Positions 9,583-22,517 of a DNA stretch of 64,000 nucleotides are shown one piece after another. The translations under genes were made by a program, and so were the position numbers. Numbering within the stretch: position 1 is the stretch's first letter; every line of letters begins with the position of its first letter. The stretch comes from Catajapyx aquilonaris (taxonomy: Eukaryota): positions 1-64,000 of the forward strand of contig JYFJ02000451.1 of assembly GCA_000934665.2 (NCBI GenBank), read 5' to 3'. The notes under the pieces are model-generated. The model worked only from the letters and a program-made list of their open reading frames with translations, searched no databases and was not told the origin of the DNA.

Positions 9583-12500
9583 TTATCTCTTGGATGACTT
9601 TGGTCTGACCCCTGACTGGCTACGGGGCCTCAATAATGCTGACTTGGCCCTCGCTGTGCGGGGACGCACTGGACTGGTCACGCCTTCGCTCGAATAGCTC
9701 AGGTACACGCTACACATGTCTGTCTCTGGGTACTGGAAAACCAACAGATGATAAGTGATGATGATTACTAATACGAGTAATACTTTGCATTCTTCACCAT
9801 ACCTCAGTGTCATGCCCCTGGTCCTCTTCATTGTCCTGCTTCCGCATGTTGTTGCCGGTGTAGGCCACACATTTCAGCTGCCATTCTCCAACATCTTCAT
9901 TCCAGCGGGCATGCTTCTCTATTTGATCCTGTTTGACGGACAATACCATTTCAATACATTGTGTGTCTGCACATACTGTACGTAATCATTGTACACTGTA
10001 CGTCCGATTATCCGGGCTAATGACTCCATGGATGTCACTGGATAAACGGAAAACACAGATAATCCGAAAAGGTCATAGATACTGTAAAAATGAAGCTATT
10101 CAGAGATTTTAAAAATGTACTACTGTATGTACTATATCGCTCAAAAAAATGGACGATTTTGCATTTCACTCAAGTGCAGCCTGAACTTGAATCGAATGCA
10201 AAATCGTCTCTTTATGTTTTTGAGTGATATAGTACATAGTGTAGGCTTAATCAGTATAATGAAACGTAACATACATTGTTAGGGCCGGTTTCACCAAGCT
10301 CTGTATATGATAAAACCAGGTTTCTTTAGGAAAATCCATACAAATATGTAGGGATTTTCAGAAAGAACCTTGGTTTTATCATATACCGAGCTCGGTGAAA
10401 CCGGCCCTTAGTTTGTCTCCTATGAAAATATGCTATATTCCATCGACGGCTGCAATTGTTAATCGTATTTTTTGGCAATGCATGGATAATAATCGGCAAC
10501 ACGGATAATCGGGAGTCCAGTGTATATTCGTGGTGTTAATTCTGTGTACCGACTTCATCCACCTTCTTACCCACCTGGTAATGCCCGGGCACAAAGCTGT
10601 CAATGATGAGGGACTGTAGCCTGATCTCCCGAGTGAGCTGGCGAATGTTGTCAAGCAAACCTTCCATCTCTCTCTGCTGCTCCTGCTGCAGGTCGGCCAG
10701 CTCTCCCTTTGCGCTCTGTAGCAGGCCATGCACTCTCTTCAACTTCTTGGTCTTTCCCGCTGCCTCCTCCTGGAGGGAGGAGTACCTTTCCTCTATGTCC
10801 ACTCTCTCGGCCTCCTTCTTCTCAATGGCCACCTTGAGGGCTAGCTCCTTCTCCCGTCGTTCCTCCAGCTCCTTTGCACTTTCTTCCAGCAACCGCTCCT
10901 GAACCTCCGCCTTCTCCAGCAGGTTCTCTCCTCCCACAATTATTTTCTTCTCTAGACCTTGCAGTTTCTCCATCATCTGATCGAACTCTGTCTCTGCCAA
11001 ACGCAACTCCTCCTCACGTCTCTGCAATTGCCGAGCGGCCTCATCACGCTCCGATTGTTCCATGTCCTTCTGCTCTTCCAGTTTGCGACGCTCACTTTCA
11101 ACCTTTGCTTTCAACTCCTCCAGTTGCCTGCCTGAAAGGTTTATAGTGAAAAGTTACTGTAATGAAGGTTCCTCATGTGTGTTGTAAAGAAGCAGAATAT
11201 TTTGTTGGGGAAAAGCCTTTTGTGGGAAAAGTAAATTTTCACTGCAATCAAGGACCCAATCATTGCAACAGCAGATTTATGCAAGGATTCTCTTATGATT
11301 GGGTCAGAAATAAAGTAGGAGCCATAAAATATTCAAGTGAGTTTTTTTCAGTATTTGCTTAAGAGAAATTTAATCTAGTTAAGTCTTTCAATTCAACATG
11401 TAATTTCATTAATTACCTTTGCCACGGGTGGCCTTGGTCTTAACGGCGACAACTTCATCCGAGTCGGTGTCCCCACTTTCATCATCGTCTTCAGAGTCCT
11501 CTTCACTCCCTTCCTCCAATAAACGACGAAGTTCTTTGATTTCGTTTTGAAACTGTCGCATCAGGGCATCTTTTGGATCCTCATTGATTCTGGCTCTGTT
11601 CTTAATATTCTTGGCTCGATTGGCGTAACGCAAAGTGCTTATAGACTCATCATAGTTATATTCAGCTGGACCAATGTTAGCACACTGGAAAGGAAGGCTA
11701 GGTATTAGTAAATGTACGACTGAATTGTTACCATGTTCATGATGGTAATATTTCAATTACACTATTGATTATGATCAGTACACACCATAACAGTCTTTGC
11801 ATTCCCCCCAAGGGAGTCCTGCAGCAGGCGTGTGAGTTTTGAATTTCTGTAGGGAACGTGCGTGCTCTTCCCATCTACCAGAGCAGATATCACATTGCCA
11901 AGGGTGGAGAGAGAGAGGTTGATCTTGGTTGCCTCTTTTAAGCGTTGTCCTGTTGCTCCTGACTTGCTTTGCCGTTCTGATCCCTGGAAGATCAACAAAT
12001 CTGATCGGCAAGCAGTACGGGAAACATGAAATCTAATGAGATTATGTGATACTGACAGCAAGATCGACTAAATGGAGCTTTCCCATCCGTACATGCTGCT
12101 GCCCGTCCAGCCCCTTATCACTGCACTCCACTGTTATGGTGAATATGGCGTGGGACCGACTACTATGAGCATTCATGTTTGTCGCGCCCACAGATCCTGG
12201 CGATTTAAACATTATTAATGGCTACTCACATTTCCTATTCTAGTCATTACTACGATCAAATAACAAGCAATTAAGCCATACTGTTTTTGTTTCCGAGGGT
12301 CATAATCTTATCCATGTCATCGGCGGTGTTGACAACGTATCCAGAAAGGTCCTTGACATACACTCCAACATCAGGCCTCTCTTTGACCTCAAGGCGGATG
12401 TTCTGGTCCTTTCCCAGCAAGTCTCTGACCTCCTCATTGTATATCTCCAAGTACGAGACACGGACTAAGAAGTTCTTGGTCTCCCCGGCCTTTGCTATCT

Positions 12501-13508
12501 GGCCAAATACGTGGGCAAAAGCATTGGGTATTATTCCCTTCAGTTTTGGATCCGAGCGGTCACCCGCCATGGTAAACGTCTTTCCAGTTCCAGTCTGTCC
12601 GTAGGCAAATATGGTGCCATTGTAGCCCATCAGCACATTTTCAATTATGGGTCGTGCACACAGATTAAACACATCCATCTGGAAATCAGTGAATATGGTA
12701 AATACAATGAATTAATTGCATTATTTTCACTAAAAATGGCCTTGTTTTGCTAACACTACGGCCACATTGTTATTAAAGGCCCAATATAATTATGGAATGT
12801 GTAGTTTCATACTTCTGAATAATTAAAACAAATTAATTTAATTTATTAATAAATTTCCGTTTATCAATTAATTTGAGTCTGCCAATTTCAGTCTGTCAAT
12901 TAATTTTGGTTTCATTTATGAATATTATTTTCATTTATTTATTTCAATTTCACTGATTTAACATTAATTTCAATTTCACTGATTTAATATTATTTCAATT
13001 TCACTGATTTAATATTATTTCAATTTCACTGATTTAATATTATTTCAATTTCACTGATTTAATATTATTTCAATGTCATATATTTAATACCAGTAATTAA
13101 TTTGTTCATTTCATTTACTTATTTTATTTATTTATTTACTTATTTATTCATGGCATCCCCTCGAGAAGGAGGAGCCCTTTTAGGAGGAACTTCTGAATCA
13201 TGTTTCATTCGTGGCTTTCAAACTTACTGCTAATGTATACCACCGATGACCTTTGACTCTTTGAGCAGCATAAATACATAAACCACATGATAAACCATTA
13301 TTATCACCTGCTTGGTGTCAATCCCAAAAACAGTGTCGAAGGTGAATATTTTGGGTGGTTCGGCATCATTTGTGTTTGGGTTCTTCACCAACACGCTTCC
13401 GCTGATGGGGTCCACTTCCACGATGCTCCTGTACCCTGCAGCGACTTCCTTTTCGTTCAGCGGACGAACACGCACCACAACCCTTACGTTCTCCACCTCC
13501 CCCGACAT
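9583..13508 (-). CDS. KIF3A: Kinesin-2 motor subunit KIF3A / Klp64D orthologue (~678 aa, 8 coding exons)
   Basis: Exons 13508-13308, 12678-12282, 12196-12057, 11983-11786, 11684-11417, 11131-10575, 9928-9803 and 9732-9583 (2037 nt, in frame). Motifs: VRVRP, P-loop [48 protein letters not shown]3A-type stalk [13 protein letters not shown] and tail [20 protein letters not shown]. Confidence 0.96.
10132..10232. mobile_element. Small hairpin MITE (CTATATCGCTCAAAAA TIR); second copy at 23028-23094
   Basis: CTATATCGCTCAAAAA...TTTTTGAGTGATATAG with an internal GACGATTTTGCATT/AATGCAAAATCGTC inversion; flanked by TA. Confidence 0.65.
10282..10407. mobile_element. PIF/Harbinger-type hairpin MITE
   Basis: GGGCCGGTTTCACC...GGTGAAACCGGCCC, palindromic throughout, with a TTA duplication on both sides. 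Confidence 0.85.
12941..13089. repeat. AT-rich minisatellite, 25-bp unit ATTTCAATTTCACTGATTTAATATT, about 6 copies
   Basis: Directly visible tandem array in the KIF3A intron 12679-13307. Confidence 0.9.
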
Positions 13509-13619
13509 CGTGTCTCTCCCTGCAATTAAACCAACTGTAATTACATGAACCTCTCAACAATCCAGCAGTTCTCTTGGGCACCCCAGTGAATATGAATGAT
13601 CCTGGAATAGAACCTCACC

Positions 13620-14130
13620 TTCGTCCCACTTCCCTTATGTTCACTCGTCTTCAGCCTGCTGCACTACCACTATAAAATTTTATCCGCCCAATAAATACTT
13701 TTAAAACATGTAAATAGTCGGGCCTTTCCCAATATGCGGGAGTCGTGCGCCTCACCCTCCCCCGTCCGTCGTCGGGTCGGTTCCCAGGAAATTTTCCCCA
13801 CCTCTTCGCAGCAGAAGGTCGATTTTTGCGTGACTGACGTGAGGGTAATTCAAGGAGGGCGCGTTCAGTCGACAGGAAAAGTCAGGGAATGTGACGTCAT
13901 CCTTGAATTTGGATATGATGTTGTAGGGGGTGTTACTTCAAATGACGTATAATTAGTGAAGTACTGAACACCGTGCAAAATATGTATGATTATTTTAAAG
14001 TAATATTGTGCAATAATTTTGTTACAAATAATATTAAGTGTAAATACACTGTTTAACGAGGTATATTTTACATAAATTGTTCTTTAATATGCTGAATGTG
14101 GTAACTTGTAAACATGGCCGCTCCCATGTG
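13620..14130. promoter_or_regulatory. Probable bidirectional promoter between KIF3A and the FASTKD1-like gene
   Basis: Lies between divergent genes; CpG-rich; perfect CRE TGACGTCA at 13892-13899; YY1-like AACATGGCCG at 14111-14120; minus-strand donor AAG|GTGAGG at about 13619 for a non-coding KIF3A exon. Confidence 0.55.
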
Positions 14131-14539
14131 GTCGTATATTTTTTTTGTGTGTGACAAACTGCGGCATGTTTTTTGGACATTAATTTGAACCAGGATAATT
14201 GGTAATATAAAACTGTCAGATATAGTGGGTTATAATTACTCTAATTACTTTACTCCAATAGTAGACAATGAATTTAACAGAATGCAAATGATGCGATCCA
14301 ACTGCAACTGTGTGTTGGTCTTATTACTTTGTGCAATTTACATATTAGTAGCTCAAAAATAATGCATCAGCTGCCACTAACTTATTTGACACACTAATTA
14401 TTTGCTTATTAGTCTTGTAATGTCATTGGTACTGAAACAGGGTTTAATTTGTGGATGTCGTAATAATTATAATGCCATTTTTGGGGGGGTCCATTTCTAG
14501 GTGCTTTGAAATGATGACGAGCGTTTTTTGAGAAAAGAA

Positions 14540-17500
14540 ATGCTTCGGTCGTGCAGCAGACCACTCCTTGTGAGAGCCCTGGCGTTGCCGAAGAGCCTGA
14601 GAAAATTGCAGTCGTCGATGAATATGCAGCTTTTGTTGCCACGTGTGTGCCTGCCTCATCCGAGGCTCAGGAGCACCGAGTCTGATGGATATGACAGTGA
14701 TCGGGAACCTTTCACGGATGTGGAATTGACCAAGGATGAGACCGAAATCCCTCGGTTGAATCTATATCCTGGGGCGGACGACTCGCTTCTTGCCAGTCTA
14801 ACATCAGCAGGTTCATTTCAGAATGTTTTTGATCTGATCCAGGCAAACCAAGACTGCCTCGATGAAAGACATGCTAGCCAAGCAATTATTACTCTGTGGG
14901 ACTTGCAGAAGATTTTGTATCGCATTGGAGTTGCATACGGTCCTGAAGTACTAGTGCAAGACTACATACATCAAGTCAGAAGTCATGAAATGTTTAAAGT
15001 GTTACTAAACAAGTTGAATGAATGCCACCAGAAATTGACTGACGATGCTTTAGTGTGTAGTGTGCTCTATCTGGACAAGATGGGGCTGGACATTAAGAAT
15101 GATGTGATGCAAAACTTGATTAGTGCAGCATCCGAAAGGTTACCACATTTGCCACTGACTGCACTAAGCAGGTTTACAGTAATTTTCCGAAACAAAGGCT
15201 TGTACGGTGCCATGATGTTAGCACCTGTAATGCCGATAATTTCATCCCGTCTTGAACAGTGTAGTTCAGACGTTGACCTGCGCTTGGTGACCATATGTCT
15301 TAATAATACTCACTCTTTTATCAGTTCTGCACTTGCCCGTGCATATTTTAGGAAGGTTGAGGAACTGTCTGACAACATATTTGACCCAATGACAATGGCA
15401 AAAGTGATGTGCTTTTTGACTCGATATCAGTGGATCCAGAGATCTAAAACCAGTCAGTTGATTAAAAAGCTGGGACGTAAATTGGAGGGAAATGTAGGCA
15501 AACTGGATATATTTGATCAGGTAATTCTGCACAAGGTTTTAGAACTGCAGATGGAGCCTGCAGGCTTAATGGAAGCCCTTCAGAGTCACATGGCCCGAGT
15601 CGTTGAGGAGGAGACGGAGGGCCTACCAAGAGCTGATGTTCTCTATTGCGTGGTGTGGAACAGTGTGTCTGTAGCCCAGAAAAAGAAGCTGGAGTCTGTT
15701 TTCCAGATGTATATGAAGGACATGGACATTTTTGCACAGTACCTTCCGCAGCTCCTGAAACTTATCAGGTATTGTTCTCTGCAATATGTAGTAGTCGCTC
15801 TGACTAATAATGTTTTCCTATTTTTAGAGTTCTCAAGATCAAAAATAAGGACTTGTACAAAGAATTCTGGGACAAAGTGGTCGTGGCCATGGACAGTTCA
15901 CCGACAATCACTGATCACCTGGCTGCTCATCACTACCTTCATTTCTTGGCTGGCTCGATGGGCCAGTTCAGACACAAATCTTTTGAAAGTCACCTCAAGA
16001 ACATCCTTCTGAAGGAACTCAAGTACGACTCCATCATGAGTCCGCATCGGTTCTTTAGGATTGCTTCCTTCTTCATTGCTTGTTCAACGGAAGGCATTCC
16101 GGACATTATCCTGCACAAGCTGAGAGAACTTGTTTCGCAGATCAGCGTCAGCGATACTATGGCATTGTCGAAGGGAGTCCAAGTGGCACTGCAAAGGCAC
16201 AGGAACAGGGGATTCCAATCTAACCACGTTTTGGACCAGATCACTGGGGTTGTGCAAGTCTTGAACGATTGTGCGCTGGACCACATTACATCTTCTGAAA
16301 GTGTTTTCCACCTTGCCACTGTGGGAAAAGCATACCTGAATCGCAGGGGAACTACAAACACTCTTCTGTTTGAGACCCTGAACAGCAAGATTGCAAGCAT
16401 TATCCAGGATGATCTATTATCGTCTCGCACTATGTTGGACTTGGCTTACATATACTCATCCACGAGTTATTTAGTAAAGCCAATCATGGATCACCTTGTG
16501 TCGCAAGTGGTGGATAATGCAGAGTGTCTTATGCCTGAAACGCTGGAGAAGTTTCTGAACTTATTTTACGTGCTTGGATACAGACCAAAGTGCGAAGAAT
16601 TTCTTACGGAATGCCTTAGGGTTCTGGAAAGGTAAATTAAGTTAAAGGAAATTGAGAATGATTAACACGTGTTACAACATTACATAATATCCACAAAAGA
16701 TAGTCAGTCATAGTGCAACAATAATTTCAGGCTTGCTTGTCATTGAAAAATATATTAACTGCACCATATGAGTTCTGGATCAGTTCAAAATTTAACAATA
16801 AGTGACCATTCATGTTAGTCATTTGTTATTATTTTCTTTTCTTTCTTTCGCACACAGCGTGTATGATGTTATGTTGTTCCCTGTGGCATGAGAGGCTAAT
16901 ATATATGTGCTTTTATGTACCACAGGCACCATGAGAAATTACCATGCATCACCATTCTGCAGGCCTCACTTGCACTTTGCTTCTTCCAATGTGTCAATGA
17001 GTCATCACTTCAGTCAATTTTTAATGTGGACTTTCTGGACCGGATTGAAGAGGAGATAAATGCACAGCCAAAGGTTGCAAAATTTAACGAACAAATATGT
17101 CGTTTCTGTTGAAATGAAGGAGGAACTTACAAGGATTCATATTTTAGCTCAAGTATTCTGTAAAACTTCGTCAGCTACTAATGGAACTGAATAGATGTGT
17201 CTGCATCGAGTATCCTGAAGCTAACATACCCTGGTTTCATGAAAAATATTGTCAAGAAATGACATGCAAAAGTAAGTCTGTAAACACTTCAAAATTTTTG
17301 CTGTTGAGTTACCAATTGCATTTTTTTGCAGTACATGTGAACAGGTCGGTATTTCAAGATGAAGTTCGCAATATTTTGTGCAGAGTGGCAGGTAGTGAGA
17401 AGTACATCAAGGACAACGTGTATTCGCCATACTATCACTACATAGGTAATGTGCATTATTTATCAGGTAATCTTTGACATTTTGATATTATCTAATGCGT

Positions 17501-17997
17501 TTTGTTTCTTTACCGCAGATTTTGAAGTTTTAGTGGACAAAGAGGGAAATCCTATTCCTAATGTTCATTCGAATCCACTGGCTGCACTGGTACCTTCACC
17601 TGACAGAAGTAAAGAGTTTCCGGGCCATCAAAAGTAAGTGAAATCTTCAAGAATGCAATCGGACAGTCCTAATGATAGAATTAAATTAATTAAATTAGTT
17701 TTATGGTCATAAAGAGTAGCTACGCTGTACATCTTGGCAAAAAAGAAACCCAGTGAGCGATATCTTCAATGTCACTTTGTGTTTATTTCTAGAATTGCAA
17801 TACTTCTCCTTCACGATGATGCCTATTGTGCCAATGTCCACCACCTGAAAGGACCATACCAAATGAAGCAGCGTCATCTTGAAATTCTCGGTTACAAAGT
17901 GATGGCAGTTAGTAATCACCTGTGGAATGCAATGTACATGTCGGAACCAGGTGCGAAGCGCAAGTATGTGGAAGAAAGCCTTTTTGCCGAAGCATAG
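14540..17997 (+). CDS. FASTKD1: FAST kinase domain-containing mitochondrial RNA-binding protein, FASTKD1-like (~912 aa, 7 exons)
   Basis: Exons 14540-15768, 15828-16631, 16926-17073, 17148-17271, 17332-17445, 17519-17633 and 17793-17997 (2739 nt, in frame). Arg/Leu/Ser-rich presequence-like N-terminus, helical repeats, FAST-type IFNVDFLDR and LMELNRCVCIEYPEANIPWFH, and a C-terminal RAP domain (LKGPYQMKQRHLEILGYKV...W). The paralogue assignment is less certain than the family. Confidence 0.85.
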
Positions 17998-18372
17998 CAG
18001 GAATTTATCATCCAAACCATTAAGATATGAGGCAAAAAAGAGCCGGTGAAAAATAAGTGCGCATTATTTTACTATCAGAGTTGACTATCAAGTCATATCT
18101 GATAGAGTCGAGAAGTGTCACCTCATGTTCTGGAGAGCTCTCAATAAATTGACATCCATTGATTAGAGGTCAGGTCAGATCATCTTTCTTCATTTGTAAT
18201 GTTTAGTTCCGCTTATGTCACCGTCACTTACACCACTAGTAATAAACACACTCGAGTGTGAAATAAACAATACGTTTTGCAGTACTTGTACATGAGAGAC
18301 AACACTTAGAGGTACATGATTTCATACTCACTGCATTGGTTCCTGCTGCTTAGAAAGTTAAACAGTAATATC

Positions 18373-18419
<47 letters not shown>
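18373..18419. repeat. (TAA)n microsatellite
   Basis: Directly visible. Confidence 0.95.
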
Positions 18420-19423
18420 TAATATCATACCCTTGCTGCATAACATTGTAAAAAGCAAGTTATCTACAAGTTGTTAGGGATTTAAAAGGCAAGTTGTTTG
18501 GCATTGCTTTTGCACATCGCACAAAAAATTACATACGTGGGGGGAGAGTTATGGTGATAATAATGGAGAATTAATTAATAACTGGTTACTGCTATCAGAA
18601 TTGACCTTAAAAGATGTCATAGTCCTTGCCAAGATTGCAATATTATGTTTTTGCATGAAAAAATGTGGCTGTTGACACTATAGTGATATAACTGATGGCT
18701 CATTATGTCATGTGTTATTGTGTGACTTTACCACAATGCAGGGAAAGGGAGCACAATGATTGCCAATATTATCTCATGCACTGTACCCAAAGTGAGAATT
18801 TGTGCCTCCACTAAAGAGGTCACCCTGATTACCGATAACAATTCCCAGTGCGTAAAAAAACAAACAGCTCAGCGAGGGAGTGACTTACAAAGGGAAATAC
18901 GCACCTGGATTATGCCAGCCATCTGTCAGTTTTCTATGCCTGGCAGATGGCTGTGTTTGTCAACACTTATCTTATTTTGAGAGAGTATCAAAATTATGCT
19001 CAGTTCGTTACAATTATTGTATTATGTAATACCAGTTTCAGTAAAGGCTTGCTTACAATTTACACCTCATCTAGAAGTATAGTAAACTCTGCTGAAGTAA
19101 TATTGGTGGACAACGTTTCCCTGAAAAGGGATTGTCCGGGATTGTCATTGATAAGGCAAGGGAAGGACATCAAATGCACAAAGAGAGCTACAGTCTAAAG
19201 CAGTTATAGAATAGTCTTAGTAACGTGTGCCCACTTGCACTTGTCTCAAAACAATTTAGCATAAACATTCAAATGCTAACAGCGAGTGATAGCACCACTA
19301 GATCTTCTCAACTTCTCCATACTGTACTAGCAGCACAAAAATGGTCCGTACACTTGCGGATATTCTGACCATTGATAAGTGTCCAGACATATCCGTGCCT
19401 ATAGTACATGTTCAGTAACAAGG

Positions 19424-19427
<4 letters not shown>

Positions 19428-19493
<66 letters not shown>

Positions 19494-19693
19494 TAATGGA
19501 TACCCCATGATAGGCCTTCTTGGGCCTCTTAGGGATCATCTTTTAATTGGCGGTCTTTATTCATTGCTTGTCATGTGATGGGTTTTGATAGTGGGAGGAA
19601 ACGGGAGAACCCCGAGAAAACCCACGTGAACATGGACAGAACCCATAGAAACTCTTTCCACATGGCACTAACCACTACACCACCATGTTGCCC
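19428..19693 (-). mobile_element. tRNA-derived SINE with a V-domain-like core, (ATT)n tail and 17-bp TSD
   Basis: Minus strand: GGGCAACATGGTGGTGTAGTGGTTAG (A box), core GTGGGTTTTCTCGGGGTTCTCCCGTTTCCTCCCAC, and (ATT)n tail at about 19426-19492. TTCAGTAACAAGGATTA is duplicated at 19411-19427 and 19694-19710. Confidence 0.85.
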
Positions 19694-20696
19694 TTCAGTA
19701 ACAAGGATTATAGGGATGTAATTTAACATGGAGAACAAAATTTCCTAGTGGCATAATAACATTAAAAGGAGACAAAATATGCACTAAACCTTGCACTAAA
19801 CTTTACCCAGTGCACTGCCAATGGTGAACTTTTGTGTAAATTTCTTAGAGGATGACTCCTTAAAATTGTAGTAATGCTGTGGCAATCATGGCAATTTGTA
19901 GTTTCAACCTTGATGTTTGCAAAAACAGGCAAATTTTCCCTCAACATGAAAGGTAATTATCTGCTTATCAGGCTTCAAGTGCAAAGTCATGGTGTAGTAA
20001 TTCTGCCAAGATAAATCATTTCATCCAGCTCTTTTTTGGCACCCGCCATAGTTTTGAGTGACAAAAACAAGAGATAACCAAATGACTGTTCCCTACCCAA
20101 TCCCCCGAAGAAAGATAAGAGTTTTTATCAGCGAGAAACACAGATTCTTGAGCTTTCCTTGACGTCACTTTTCTGGTATTGCCACAATAAATTGTATAAT
20201 GCGTAGTGAACTCTCAAATTGCGTTTGCATTCAAACTGTAACTAGAAATTTGATTTGTGCATTAAAATGTAATGCCAGCCCTACATTGGGGAGTAGTATG
20301 TAAGTTGTTGAACAATCGCACTCATTGAATTGCACAGAAGTGCAACAAGCGCATCAGTGCAATGTTCACATGATAAAGAGATATTAACTATTATTCCTTA
20401 ACACTGATGAATGACTTGTTTTATTTGGTGTACAGTAATGAATGCAACATGCTGAAGAGATGAAACAAATACTACGCATTTTTTCATGGCTTTTGTTGCA
20501 TAATAATAGCCCTCAAGAAATTGTAAGTGGGTCGTACGATGTGGTTTATCGCATTGTAGTAATCTCACCAAGGACATGTACACCAAGTGCACGTATAATG
20601 TGCCAAGTTATTTACACTAGGAGAGTTTGACTTGCCTTCCGCGTTGTATGTTATCAAAATCTGTTGCTCAAGATTTTCAGCATCGATCATGTGGCT

Positions 20697-21800
20697 TTTA
20701 TTATCTGGGTCAAGGACACAATAACTTAAACAAAACTTGCACTTGAAGAAGCGATTAGGGTACACTGCATATTTCCCCAGGATGTCAATCACTGTTGCGA
20801 TTAAGGCGTACACAAGCAACAGCGCCAGATCGCACTTCCGTAATCTCCAAACACTTATTGAAACTTACCCAATGCCGTTGATTTCAACATGTAAATCCCC
20901 CATAGTTTCATTAGTAGTAATTTTGTTTAGAAATCACTTGCGTCTGACCTTTTTATAGTTCTTCCGCAACTCTGAAGCGGGTTGCTCACTAATTTGTTTT
21001 TTAAAGTTAATATTTACGCCACTAATATTACTCAGCAAGTACAGCCATTGCTGTAACATATTGTAATGCGCATACGTAGGTAAGTGCAGGCATACACTTC
21101 ATTTGGTGTGGTGTTTATTATCTGGGTGAAGGACACAATAATTTAAACAATACTTGCACTTGAAGAAGTGATTAGGGTATAGTGCATTTTTCCCGGGATG
21201 TCAATCACTGCTGCAATTAATTGTACTGTACACATACAAGCCATGGTGCCAGATTGCACTTTCGTAATCTCAAAACACTAGTTCTGAAACTTACCCAATG
21301 CTCATGATTTCAAAACAACGCGTACCGCAAATCCCCTACAGTTAATTGGTGTAGTAATTATGCTTAGAAATCACTTGCGTCTGACATTTTTTTTATAATT
21401 CTTCCACAACTCCAAAGCGGATTACTCACTAATTGTTGTTTTTTTTCAAGTTCATATTTACATCACCAATATAACTCATCAAGTACAGCACTTGCTGGAA
21501 CAAATATTGAAATATGGTTTTTAAAAATCTGATATTTACATCCACAATATTGTAATTAGTCAACAAGTACAGCAATTGCTGGAACAAATTGAATTGAAAT
21601 ACGTGTGTTTTTTTAAAATCTAATATTTACGTCACCATTAATATTGTAAATATTACAATATTAATGAGATTCAAAAAACCACATTTCAATTTTTTTCCAG
21701 CAATTGCTGTACTTGCTGACTAATTAGTTATTACAATGTGTAATTACTAATTAGTCAGCTAGTACAGCGATTGTTGCAACAATTTGCAATGTATTTATGT
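20697..21800. repeat. Complex repeat: ~417-bp tandem duplication followed by direct and inverted ~80-bp subrepeats
   Basis: TTTATTATCTGGGT(C/G)AAGGACACAATAA starts at 20697 and 21114. AAGTACAGC(A/C)..TTGCTG recurs at about 21038, 21481, 21565 and 21761 and is inverted at about 21697-21715, around the palindrome TAATATTGTAAATATTACAATATTA. Confidence 0.85.
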
Positions 21801-22139
21801 AAGTGCATATGACCAGAGATATTAAAGGCCTCTAACATTTATTGGTATGACTGACCATACGTATGAAAGGCTTCTTATACTTATGGGTATGACCTCAACG
21901 CACATCTCACACTGCATCTAGTCAACACGTAAATCAACGTAACATCATGCCCATAAAACTGCAGCTGGCCCAGTGCCCCGTTTTTTGGCATTTTAAATCA
22001 GCGTCCTTCAACCCTGGCTAGGCGAAAGTGAAACCTACGTATCAGAATCGCAAAATTTAATATCCAGTTTTTGAACACAAACCGGACTAAAAATGGCGCC
22101 TTTCCCCCTTCCGAAATTGTCATAACCTCAAGGCCGCTT

Positions 22140-22345
22140 AGGAACCAATCAGAAGTGACAATGTTGGCCAATAGGGGCTTAACCACCTGGTCCCAAATTA
22201 GGCCAATTGAAGCTAAAGTTGCGAGTCGACGCATGCGTACTGTGCCAGGCACTGCTCGTGTAATCCGCAACACACCACACAACAGCTGACCAATTAGAAG
22301 CCTGCGCGCAGTGTACGTCATCAGTTGCGCAAGCTCCAATTGGTC
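22140..22345 (+). promoter_or_regulatory. PNPLA2 core promoter: CCAAT-box cluster and initiator
   Basis: CCAAT at 22145, 22168, 22203, 22290 and 22336; CRE-like TACGTCA at 22314-22320; arthropod-type Inr TCAGTT at 22321-22326, about 195 nt upstream of the ATG. Confidence 0.6.
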
Positions 22346-22517
22346 CCCCGTGATTATTCAAGCCGCCAGCCGTGCGATGCGTTCAGATTACTCGAGGCGG
22401 GAGACTGGATCAGACGTCGTCGTGTCCCGTTACTCTCTCCCTCTGCTACGGATTCTGATTATTGTTATTGTTCGATTGACCTGACCTGCCACGACCCCGT
22501 TCACCCTGGAGGGCAGC

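Larger units (their letters stand above)
9994..10522. mobile_element. pogo/Tigger-like MITE hosting two nested MITEs
   Basis: TA-CACTGTACGTCCGATTATCCG ... CGGATAATCGGGAGTCCAGTG-TA termini, with internal GGATAA repeats. Confidence 0.7.

Noticed and set aside
12941..13089. Regular 25-bp repeats as a CRISPR-like array
   Set aside because: Head-to-tail units without unique spacers in a eukaryotic intron; an ordinary minisatellite.
15769..16012. ORF-track 494-aa protein continuing to 16012
   Set aside because: It reads through a 59-nt GT-AG intron; the spliced frame continues in the 15853 ORF.
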